Virus record (IMG/VR): IMGVR_UViG_3300048592_000443
Span: 5,947-69,946 of that record
From: a virus
Strand: one strand, 5' to 3'
Length of the DNA stretch: 64,000 nt
Shown one piece after another: positions 53,639-61,949 of this stretch; within the stretch, counting starts at the first letter, position 1; every line of letters starts with the position of its first letter. The notes under the pieces are model-generated. The model had not been told where the DNA came from, searched no databases, and was given only the letters and a program-made list of their open reading frames with translations. Position numbers and translations under genes: made by a program.

Positions 53639-55318
53639 GCTCCGCTGTAGCGCTGCCTCAGCCCATCTGAGGGCGTCATCATAGATCGCTGAGATCTCAT
53701 CTTCGGTGATTTCACCCCCTGCCGGATCTGCTTTGACCGCATGCGGCGTCCCTGGCCCGCCCTCCTCTGCATACCCGCTTTCGGAAGGGTTGACAGCCGG
53801 CGCCTTGAGCCCGCTTAACACGTCGCGCAGGCTTGGCTCTGTGGCCGGCGTCTCGGCAACGCGCACGCTCTCTGCCTCACCTTCCTCTAGCGGCTTCTCA
53901 TCGTCGCGCAGCTCGTCTTGTGGCGTGGTGTCGTCTGCGGGTAGAAACTCGCGCGGGATCAACTCCTCGTCAACCATGATCTGTAGTGCCTGCCCTGCCG
54001 AGAGCACGCCCTTTTCAACCAGGGTCGTGAGGGCCTTTGCGCGCATATCAAACACCTCGGCCTTGGCTTTCTTATCTGACAGGCTCTCGCCCTCCCAGAC
54101 AAACTCAACCGTCTGCGGCAAGAGGTTCGAACCAGCCCAATGCACCCACCATTTCAGGAAGCGCGAGAAGCCGGTATCTTCGGCTTGCTCGGCCTCAACC
54201 TCTGCCGTGCGCCCGCTGTTGAGCCCTGCTGGCGCGGGTTGCAGGTCGCGCGAGGGCAGGCCAAGGGCGTTTGCGTATTCGAGCCGGGTATCTTCACGCT
54301 CCTGTTGCGGTTCAAACCCGTCAGGGATCTCGGCAATCGGAATGCGATGGCCCGTGATGCCCGCGTCAGGCTTGATGCCAGGGATCACCACGACGCCGCG
54401 ATATTGCTGCTGATTGCGGCTTCTGGCCTGATCCTGGCTGCTCGCCATTGCGGCTTCGAACTGCGATTGCATGATGCCGCTGACGAGATGTATCTCTTTG
54501 GGCTGTGAGCCGGTTATCTTCTCGGCAAGATACCGCTCCATACTGGCATCTTTGAAAATGGTCTGGTACACCCGATGAGCAGCACAGATGCCCGTGCCGC
54601 GCAGTTCAGATCGCGGGCTCGTCAGGTCGCTTGTCGCCCCTACCTGCCAACGCCAGAGCAGATGATAGCGGCCCCACAGGTCGTAATACATCACGGGAAA
54701 GTTGCCCGCATGTACCTCGTCAGGGCGAATGTTCCAGTAGGCGGCAAGCGTCTCGCGGTATGGGTACAGGTCAACGTCGTGCATCCTGGTACAGCGCACG
54801 CTGTCGAGATGCTGAATGCCAAGCGGGCGCCCTACGGGCTGTAACTGCCCGTTGCGCCCGCGCCTGACCTCCAGGGTTGACCAGATGACTTCACAAAATC
54901 CGCCGTTGTTGGTCAGGGCGTAGTCAGTCAGGAATTGGGTCAGGAAGTTAATCCAACCCTTACCTTTGTTGGCATTCAGCAAAAGCGAACGGGCGCGGTC
55001 TGTGCGCTGCTCACTTCCTGCTACGTCGCGGACGGTCCAATCCAGCGATGCCACCTTGCCGATAGCCTTGGCAACGGCATTGGCCCACTTCGCGCTGTGG
55101 TCAATCGTACTGCTCAAAATGTAATCGCCCGCGCGCGTCCAACGCGGCGGGAGATCAATCGGCAGGACTGTTGACTGGCGCCCGTAGATTGACGGGAAGT
55201 AGAAGTGCAGTACGCCGCCGGGTGCGCTTGGCTCTCGGCTGACAAGCGATGCATCGCCGTCAAACCGGGTAATGCTGTGGGCGTGCAGTTCGTCAACAGA
55301 GGGCTGTGTCATTGGCAA
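53630..55318 (-). CDS. Portal protein
   Basis: 562 aa directly after TerL; DY....NGGF.E, HLDS.RC. Confidence 0.8.
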   Translation of the reverse strand: MPMTQPSVDELHAHSITRFDGDASLVSREPSAPGGVLHFYFPSIYGRQSTVLPIDLPPRWTRAGDYILSSTIDHSAKWANAVAKAIGKVASLDWTVRDVAGSEQRTDRARSLLLNANKGKGWINFLTQFLTDYALTNNGGFCEVIWSTLEVRRGRNGQLQPVGRPLGIQHLDSVRCTRMHDVDLYPYRETLAAYWNIRPDEVHAGNFPVMYYDLWGRYHLLWRWQVGATSDLTSPRSELRGTGICAAHRVYQTIFKDASMERYLAEKITGSQPKEIHLVSGIMQSQFEAAMASSQDQARSRNQQQYRGVVVIPGIKPDAGITGHRIPIAEIPDGFEPQQEREDTRLEYANALGLPSRDLQPAPAGLNSGRTAEVEAEQAEDTGFSRFLKWWVHWAGSNLLPQTVEFVWEGESLSDKKAKAEVFDMRAKALTTLVEKGVLSAGQALQIMVDEELIPREFLPADDTTPQDELRDDEKPLEEGEAESVRVAETPATEPSLRDVLSGLKAPAVNPSESGYAEEGGPGTPHAVKADPAGGEITEDEISAIYDDALRWAEAALQRSEV

Positions 55319-55326
55319 TGCCTATC

Positions 55327-55342
55327 GTGCGACGGGTCGCAC
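55327..55342. promoter_or_regulatory. Operator copy (perfect) over the TSS of the portal promoter
   Basis: GTGCGACGGGTCGCAC 4 nt downstream of minus-strand TGCTATACT. Confidence 0.75.
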
Positions 55343-55414
55343 AGGTAGTATAGCATGCCGCGCAAGGCATAGCGATGCCCCCCTCCCCACAGTCAGGAAA
55401 GGGCGCGACGAGGG

Positions 55415-56842
55415 CTACCCGTTGTGCAACTCGCCTAGTTCGTACATCAGGCGATAGTGCGCCATCGAACAGGCGACGGCAAGGTCAATACGCGCCGTCC
55501 CGGTGCGCTTCACGATGCGTAGTTTCCGCTCCTGTGCATCGATCTGCTTGTCGGCATTCCTGATATGCTCGCGCAGCTCGGCATTGCCATCGTGCCAGAC
55601 GCGCCGGGCCATGATGCCGTCCCAAAAGCTCTTATCGGCTTCTAGCCGTAACGGTCCCTGATTGAACGGGTCAACCCAGATCGGGCGCGACGGTTCGCCC
55701 TGCGCGGTCCTGAGCAATCCGGCCTCGGCACGCTGCGCAATGCTGACCATCTGGTACGGGTCAAAGGCGAGTTGCACGACGTTCCAATCGCGCGTGGCCT
55801 GCGCAATGGTCTGCTCAATCGGCGTATAGTCCAGCCAGAGGCCGCCGCCGACAGGCGCGAACGGCCTGACCCAGCGCACGGCGGCATGGCCCGGCTTCGA
55901 CGGGTGCGCAGTTAAGCCGGCAAGCGCGAAGGTATCGCCCGAGATTGAGGCGTCTGCGGCAATGACCATAGGCGCCTGGCCGTCATACGGGGGCAGGGTA
56001 TCTTTGCAGGCGTCCCATAGGGCTATATCGGCAATGAAGCGCTCTGCGCCTGTCATCGCAAACGCCTCTGCGGCTGTTCCAGGATACTCCTGTCGCATTG
56101 CCGCAGATGAGATAGCGTCGCGCTCAGTCGCCGCGTACCACGCCGCATCGCGGCCAGGTCGCGCGTGCCAGGGCAGGAAGATAGGCACAAAGCCGCCAAC
56201 GCCGCTTGCCGCTTTCTCCCATAGCGGGTGAAAGAATGGATCGGCGCCGTTGGCCGTCGAGAACACAATCAACTGCCCGCCCGCGTCAATCGTCGGCTTC
56301 AGTGCGGTGTAGAGGGTTGCGGCCCACTGACTAAAGGCGGCCTCGTCCATCAGGACCAGTGACGCGGTAAACGAACGGCCCGCGTTCTGTGTTGCCGGCA
56401 TGCTCACGATGCGCGAACCGTTCGCCCATTCCAGTTCAGCCGTCAGTGGTCGCGTAAGGGCGGGCAACTGCGCTTTCAGCCAATCCGGCAAGCGGTCATA
56501 TAGCACTCTGATGCGCCGGATTAACTCATTGGCCTCGGTCTGGCCTTTCGAGAAACAGAGCACACTGCGGCCGGGCCGGAACAGACACAACCAGAGGGCA
56601 TAGCCACAACAGAGCCAACTAATCCCGAGTTGGCGCGCTTTGAGAATGACAATCAACCGATGCAGCATAAACTGCCACATCGTTTGAACCTGAGCCGGCC
56701 ATAGGCGAAAGCGCACGGCAGACGCACTGCCATCGCCTTGCGGGTCATCTATCCAGCCGTAGGCGTCAAGAAAGTACGCCGCGTCGGCGTCACACTTCAG
56801 CCATTCGACTGTTTCAGCGCCTCTTGCTGTTGCCGTCGCCAT
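55415..56842 (-). CDS. terL: Terminase large subunit
   Basis: LKARQLGIS Walker A, LMDEAA Walker B, STANG, QEYP, C-terminal nuclease IDLAVA. Confidence 0.92.
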   Translation of the reverse strand: MATATARGAETVEWLKCDADAAYFLDAYGWIDDPQGDGSASAVRFRLWPAQVQTMWQFMLHRLIVILKARQLGISWLCCGYALWLCLFRPGRSVLCFSKGQTEANELIRRIRVLYDRLPDWLKAQLPALTRPLTAELEWANGSRIVSMPATQNAGRSFTASLVLMDEAAFSQWAATLYTALKPTIDAGGQLIVFSTANGADPFFHPLWEKAASGVGGFVPIFLPWHARPGRDAAWYAATERDAISSAAMRQEYPGTAAEAFAMTGAERFIADIALWDACKDTLPPYDGQAPMVIAADASISGDTFALAGLTAHPSKPGHAAVRWVRPFAPVGGGLWLDYTPIEQTIAQATRDWNVVQLAFDPYQMVSIAQRAEAGLLRTAQGEPSRPIWVDPFNQGPLRLEADKSFWDGIMARRVWHDGNAELREHIRNADKQIDAQERKLRIVKRTGTARIDLAVACSMAHYRLMYELGELHNG

Positions 56843-57459
56843 TCGGCTAGATCTGCCTCTGCTCTGGCCTTATCCTCGGTTGTGATCTGGAGTGGCGCGC
56901 CGTTTGGCCCGCTCACCTCTTGCCGTTCCACAAAGGCGCGGTGATACTTGCCAAGCAACTGCTGCGCCTCCAGTGCCGAGTATAGTTCAATCTCTGGCCC
57001 GTGCTCACCCCACTTAAGTTTCTTGAGCGCCCCGAGCACGCCGCGCCGCTTGGCTTTGGCGAGGTCGAGGCGCCAATGCCCAGGGTGAGGCGTGCGTGGT
57101 TTGCCCTCGCCGCCCTCTGGTGTCTCTGGCTGCCCATAGTCAGGGAATGTGCTGTCATCGGCGCCGGCTTCCGCCTCAAGTGTGATGAAATCCTCAAGGC
57201 TTGCGGAGGCAATTGCACTAATGCGCGCAATCACCTCGTCTTTCTGCATTGCTTTGCGCTCAAAGCCTAAGCGTAATGCGTCTTTAATGTCAGGTTTTCT
57301 AAGGTTCTCAGATGCGGTTTGGTACAGGCTTCGCGCGGCATACCCCGCTTGCCGTGCCGCTTCGGCAGCATTCAAGCAATCAAGATATGCAAGAACAAAA
57401 GCCCGCTGTTTTCCAGTAAGCTTTTCTAGCGCCTGTTCAAATGTTAGTTGCTCACTCAT
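56797..57459 (-). CDS. terS: Terminase small subunit
   Basis: LT.KQ..FV..Y....NA..AA..AGY......ASENL.KP.I; EVSGPNG.P. Confidence 0.88.
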   Translation of the reverse strand: MSEQLTFEQALEKLTGKQRAFVLAYLDCLNAAEAARQAGYAARSLYQTASENLRKPDIKDALRLGFERKAMQKDEVIARISAIASASLEDFITLEAEAGADDSTFPDYGQPETPEGGEGKPRTPHPGHWRLDLAKAKRRGVLGALKKLKWGEHGPEIELYSALEAQQLLGKYHRAFVERQEVSGPNGAPLQITTEDKARAEADLAEWRRQQQEALKQSNG

Positions 57460-57721
57460 TCATCACCACAATCGGCAACCACTGACACGGGCTCTCAATC
57501 ACCGTCCCCTGCCACCGGATCAGCCGACACTTGCCCGTCGCAAGCAGTGTCAGTCTGCCATTGCCGTTGCCGTCGCTGGTGCAAAAGACATCGGCCTTGG
57601 CATACTCGACGGTCAAGCCGGGCGGCAACTTGTCAACCGTCGAGACGCCGTCAAGCGTGCATTCCTCAGTATACGGCGGAATACCATCAAACAGATACAC
57701 GCTCTGCATCTCGGTCTGCAT
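57452..57721 (-). CDS. Hypothetical protein (start uncertain, frame open to 57946)
   Basis: Overlaps terS start by 8 nt. Confidence 0.4.
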   Translation of the reverse strand: MQTEMQSVYLFDGIPPYTEECTLDGVSTVDKLPPGLTVEYAKADVFCTSDGNGNGRLTLLATGKCRLIRWQGTVIESPCQWLPIVVMNE

Positions 57722-57908
57722 GATCCGGGTGACGATAGGTTGCGCCTGAGCCCCAATCACGGTAATAGATACCGCAAACAGGACAGAACAGGCAAAACCA
57801 CTGATTACCACGAATAACCAGCATTGTACGCCAGTAGGTACGACAGGTGATGCACTGCGCCGCCATGTACTGAGCGCGCGGCTGATGCTGATATACGCCT
57901 CGCGGCAT
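57687..57908 (-). CDS. Small Zn-ribbon protein
   Basis: CxxC...CxxC; ATG 3 nt after upstream stop. Confidence 0.45.
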   Translation of the reverse strand: MPRGVYQHQPRAQYMAAQCITCRTYWRTMLVIRGNQWFCLFCPVCGIYYRDWGSGATYRHPDHADRDAERVSV

Positions 57909-57911
57909 CGA

Positions 57912-58220
57912 TTACTCACCGTCAATCCTATCGGTATAGGTGCCATCTGCCGACGCGTCGCGCCCTCGCATCTCTTCCAGTTGCTTCAGGATAAATACCA
58001 CCTGATGCGCGGTGCGACTGTCGGCGCGATTGATCATTAACTCGCCAAACTCCGCCCACTTGCGCCGGGCGACCGAACGCCAATGACGAGCATCACCCTT
58101 ACGACCTTCAGCGCTCGCGGCGATGAATTGCTCAATCGCGTCGAGTGCGTCATCAATGGTCTGCATATATTGTTGAATGATGCGGTCAGCATGCTCACTC
58201 TCGCTATCCATCGCCGTCAT
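57912..58220 (-). CDS. Hypothetical protein
   Basis: Operonic, helical. Confidence 0.55.
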   Translation of the reverse strand: MTAMDSESEHADRIIQQYMQTIDDALDAIEQFIAASAEGRKGDARHWRSVARRKWAEFGELMINRADSRTAHQVVFILKQLEEMRGRDASADGTYTDRIDGE

Positions 58221-58650
58221 TCTGGCGCCATGTGCGCCACTGGTTCAGCACATCTTGCACGGCCTGACGGCACCCGATGCACGCCGGGTGGATTTCGATC
58301 AGGTGCAAGGCCCGTTCGGCAACCTCTCTCCCGGTGCGCTCTGCCTGAAGATCCTGGATCAGTTGTGCGCGCTCGTTGGCGTGATTGGCCGCGTCCTGCG
58401 CCGCTCCAAGGGTTTGCCCGGTCAACTCAGTATTGTGATTGATGCTGCGCAGAATGTTATCGCCGATCTGGCGCACCAGGGCAATCAGGCCGGTGAGGAC
58501 GGCGACGGCGAGGCCAATGATCAGCCCGCTCACCTCAACCGGCAGTTGACCGCTGGAAAACGCGACACCGGCCGCAATGCCGCCGATAAACCCCAGGCCC
58601 GCCGTCAGAAAGATCAGGATAATGTCGCGTTTCGAGAAATTCAGTGTCAC
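58204..58650 (-). CDS. Holin-like 2-TM protein
   Basis: Two N-terminal TM helices, directly after endolysin. Confidence 0.55.
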   Translation of the reverse strand: MTLNFSKRDIILIFLTAGLGFIGGIAAGVAFSSGQLPVEVSGLIIGLAVAVLTGLIALVRQIGDNILRSINHNTELTGQTLGAAQDAANHANERAQLIQDLQAERTGREVAERALHLIEIHPACIGCRQAVQDVLNQWRTWRQNDGDG

Positions 58651-59624
58651 GGCTCCCTCATGGCTGCCATATCCCGCAACACGGCGTTGATATAGGACTG
58701 CGGTGCGTTGCCATCGCCTGACGGGGCAAAGACAGGGATAATGGTTTCGACATCAAGCAGGCCCCGCGCGCCGTACATCTCTTTGAGATGGATAACAGCG
58801 TGCATAGCCCCCTGCTGCCAATCGCTATAGTAGTTCCACCTGACACCGCGCATCTCGACTGCCGGCCATCGCCCATATGCCTTGATGTTGAACGGGTTGC
58901 GGGTCTGCTGACCAATGGCCGACTGACCAAGCGGCACGCCCTGTTCGTGGGTCCAAACGGCAAGCCAGAACGCCGGGTCAATGTCAAGCCAGTCGCACAG
59001 CGTATAGATGCGCGTGCCGATGGTCTGCAAGTGCTCGCCGAACGGCGCCTGACGGCGGGTGAGAATGTCGAGAAAGCGATCAAGGCCGATGGACGGGCGC
59101 ACGCCAATCACACGGGTCATAGCGGTATCTCGGTACACGGCATCGGTGAAGTACAGCCATGGGAAGCCGGCCGGGTCAGTCTTACGGCCGGGGCTAATGT
59201 CGAGATGCCTGACGAGCTGGGCGCGCGGAATGTCGCGGCGCGTCACAATGTCACGGGCGAGGGCAACCGCACTCTCTATCTGCTCGCGCGGGTAGGGGTC
59301 GCGCCCATTGTTGGCATTCGATAGTTCAATCCCAACCGAGCACTTATTGAGCCCGCTGATACGCTTCCCGTCAATGACCCATGACGACGTACCAGCGTGC
59401 CATGCGGTATCTTCCTCCCTGACGAACTGGAAGATCTCGCCGGCCTTATTCACCAGATAGTGTGTTGAGACAGGATAAGCGGTTGACCCGCCCTTTTTGA
59501 GCCATTCGAGATCGCCCGGATACACACCCGCCGTCGCGTGCATCACCAGGGCGCGAATAGGCATCGTGCGCCCCGTCGCATAATGCTCGCGGGTCATCGG
59601 GATCTGTGCGATTGCGAGGGTCAT
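58647..59624 (-). CDS. Endolysin: Amidase_2 + C-terminal glucosaminidase/lysozyme-like domain
   Basis: VMHAT, STHY, AWHAG, SVGIEL, H.DI.PGRK.DP; second domain IDPAF.LA...HE...NPFNI. Confidence 0.9.
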   Translation of the reverse strand: MTLAIAQIPMTREHYATGRTMPIRALVMHATAGVYPGDLEWLKKGGSTAYPVSTHYLVNKAGEIFQFVREEDTAWHAGTSSWVIDGKRISGLNKCSVGIELSNANNGRDPYPREQIESAVALARDIVTRRDIPRAQLVRHLDISPGRKTDPAGFPWLYFTDAVYRDTAMTRVIGVRPSIGLDRFLDILTRRQAPFGEHLQTIGTRIYTLCDWLDIDPAFWLAVWTHEQGVPLGQSAIGQQTRNPFNIKAYGRWPAVEMRGVRWNYYSDWQQGAMHAVIHLKEMYGARGLLDVETIIPVFAPSGDGNAPQSYINAVLRDMAAMREP

Positions 59625-59737
59625 AGGCTGCAAAAACGCCTATCCGTAGTAGCGGAAGGCGTCAAAGCGCGCGGATATGGGGCTTGTGTTCATTGTAGCA
59701 TATTGGTCAACCCGTCGCACATGTAGACAGGTCGCAC
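59625..59737 (-). promoter_or_regulatory. Late promoter and leader; divergent control region with operator half-sites
   Basis: Minus-strand TGCTACAAT; GTCGCAC half-sites ending at 59720 and 59737; leader hairpin with U-tract. Confidence 0.6.
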
Positions 59738-59784
59738 GAAAAATGATAAGATATGCATACTGTCATACGGAAAGGAAAACCATT

Positions 59785-59985
59785 GTGAGCCTCACCGAAG
59801 AGCAGGTACGCGAGCGCATCAGGCAAGAGTGCGAGACGCTAGCGGGCGGCCAGCGGGAATGGGCAAAGCGGCACAGCATCAGCCCGCAGTATGTCAATGA
59901 TGTGCTGGTGCGAAATCGCGCGCCGGGTAAGTTGTTTTTGCGGGCTCTCGGCTTACGGCGCGTGGTGAGGTACGAAGAGGCATAA
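59785..59985 (+). CDS. Cro-like HTH regulator
   Basis: GGQREWAKRHSISPQYVNDVL..NR.PG...L.ALGL; AAAGGA RBS. Confidence 0.78.
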   Translation: MSLTEEQVRERIRQECETLAGGQREWAKRHSISPQYVNDVLVRNRAPGKLFLRALGLRRVVRYEEA

Positions 59986-60064
59986 AGGGCGACCCGCCCG
60001 ATGTTGGCGCATCGGGCGGGCTCTCTGGCAACCGTTCACTGAAAAGTCAACACGAGTATACACC

Positions 60065-60697
60065 ATGGCTCTTAAAGTTGTAAATGGTCACGTTGTCGGA
60101 TTACCCGGCTATCATCCCGAATACGCCGAGGACAGGTCAAAGACAGACCTTGATGACGATCTGCACAGTCGATTGGTTGCACATGGGTACAGATGGAATG
60201 GCGCCGAGCGCTGGCCGGGCATACGAGGCGAACAACGGCCATGGCATCATTGGGTGATTGCTGTTGCCACAACCAGATCGCTAAACTTCGGCAATACCGC
60301 AGCAGGACTGCGCCGACAATGCGAGTGGTTGGAAGAAGAGCAGCGCCTTGATGCCTATTACGCATCACTCGGCTGGCAGTACAACCCAAAGCGTCATTGG
60401 GAATGGACGCGCCTAAACAATTGCCTGGAAGCGGGCGGCGATGTTGCGGCGCTCATTCGGCAGATGCGAGAAGATCGATCCGCAGAGGTGCGGCGCCGTT
60501 GGGAGTTTCGCAAGTTAGACCGCACCGATCCGCTGAAAGAAGCGGCGCCAAGTCGCAGCGATGAAGAGATAGCAAGGCACGTCAGGAATATCAAGCGATG
60601 GCACAAGAAAGGCCTGAGTAGCAATGAAATGGTCAAGCGCATGGGCGTTAGCAGACAGGAAGCGCTAGCCCTGATCAGGATTGTCACAAAATCCTAA
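60065..60697 (+). CDS. Hypothetical protein with C-terminal HTH
   Basis: GLSSNEMVKRMGVSRQ.A. Confidence 0.6.
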   Translation: MALKVVNGHVVGLPGYHPEYAEDRSKTDLDDDLHSRLVAHGYRWNGAERWPGIRGEQRPWHHWVIAVATTRSLNFGNTAAGLRRQCEWLEEEQRLDAYYASLGWQYNPKRHWEWTRLNNCLEAGGDVAALIRQMREDRSAEVRRRWEFRKLDRTDPLKEAAPSRSDEEIARHVRNIKRWHKKGLSSNEMVKRMGVSRQEALALIRIVTKS

Positions 60698-60708
60698 TCT
60701 GCCCTACC

Positions 60709-60919
60709 AGAACCAGTTGAAGGGCGTCTTTGCGGCATTAGAAAGCCCAAAGACGCCCTTCGCTCGTGCAATTATCATCCTCTTCCTATAATTATATATA
60801 AGGAAGATAGAGTGCTTCATTTCGGGCATTTTCTATTTATAGGCCAGGGATGATAATTGCACGGCTCAAAGCCGGATTTCCTCTTCCTGATGCCCTAAAA
60901 CGACTTTCAAACTGGTTCT
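60709..60919. repeat. About 210-bp imperfect foldback containing palindromic element copy 4 (core 60766-60862)
   Basis: GTGCAATTATCATCC...GGATGATAATTGCAC; outer arms AGAACCAGTT-GAAG... / ...TTCAAACTGGTTCT. Confidence 0.75.
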
Positions 60920-61023
60920 AGTTTTTACAACGCCGTGCGATGCACCGCACGTATTGTCAAGTCGCACACGGCGCGGTATACTGGCATTGCCTAGCGTGTT
61001 GGCGTACTAGCAAGAGGGAAGTT

Positions 61024-61227
61024 ATGGGCGACGATGACGAGCGGCGGCGGATCGGCGTGGCGACGTACTACGTCAAGAGTGAGCAGGAGGCGAATGAAGC
61101 GCACGCCCTTGCACGACTGGCAGGGTACAAGCGCTTCGCGCATCTGGTATTCGAGGCAGTTGACGCCAAGTTGGCAGAGTTGCGAGGCCAGTACGGCGCG
61201 CTGCTGACAGAGGCCCGGCGCGACTAG
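61024..61227 (+). CDS. Small RHH-like regulator
   Basis: Beta-alpha-alpha pattern; TTGTCA-17-TATACT promoter upstream with an operator half-site in the spacer. Confidence 0.55.
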   Translation: MGDDDERRRIGVATYYVKSEQEANEAHALARLAGYKRFAHLVFEAVDAKLAELRGQYGALLTEARRD

Positions 61228-61298
61228 TTGCACCTAGCCGCGCCGGTTGCGGGGTTGGGTGACACCGCACAGCAAGTATACGACAGGAGACAACCGAG

Positions 61299-61937
61299 AT
61301 GCGCGAACGGCTCATGCAGATGCTTGACGTGGTATCGCTCGTCAAAGCAGTGCGCAATGCGATGATTGACCTTGACCGGCCATCAGCTTTTGGCGTGATG
61401 ATCTTTTCATTCCTCGGCACGCTCGTCACCGGGGCCTACACCTGGGTTGTGGACTGGCAGCCGACATGGCGCTTCGCCAACGGGCAGGACCCGAGCGAGA
61501 TCATCTACACGCCGACGAGCGTGGCCGACGCAATGATCGGCAACGTGGACGCCATGGTGGGCGTGGTGAACGGCCTGGCAACCATCACCCTCGGCGCGTT
61601 TATCGGCGGCTCCCTCGCCGTCGGTATTACGCTACTGCCTACGATTGTGCAGTTCATCGCGCCGAAGGTCATGCACCCGATGGCGAAAACCGGCATGGAC
61701 ATTGCCATCGGATTTGACTTCGTGACCGACTGGCCGAGCGCTGGGGTGCAAGCGTCCTATATTACGACAAACCCTATTGGTCAGTTTTTGGCTACGCTCG
61801 GCCTCGTGTTCTTCTATTCGCTCGTACTTCAGTCGTTTTTCGTGCTGTTCTTTGCGGCTTTCGCCATGTCGGTGATCATTCTTCTTGCGGGTGATCCGCC
61901 CAAGCGTCGCGTTGCACCGCAGACGATCAACGCATAA
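61299..61937 (+). CDS. Multi-pass membrane protein
   Basis: AGGAG RBS; 3-4 hydrophobic segments. Confidence 0.75.
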   Translation: MRERLMQMLDVVSLVKAVRNAMIDLDRPSAFGVMIFSFLGTLVTGAYTWVVDWQPTWRFANGQDPSEIIYTPTSVADAMIGNVDAMVGVVNGLATITLGAFIGGSLAVGITLLPTIVQFIAPKVMHPMAKTGMDIAIGFDFVTDWPSAGVQASYITTNPIGQFLATLGLVFFYSLVLQSFFVLFFAAFAMSVIILLAGDPPKRRVAPQTINA

Positions 61938-61949
61938 AGGAGGACTGGC

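Noticed and set aside
1618-55342. GTGCGAC palindromes as CRISPR repeats
   Set aside because: Only 16 bp, dispersed kilobases apart, no spacers
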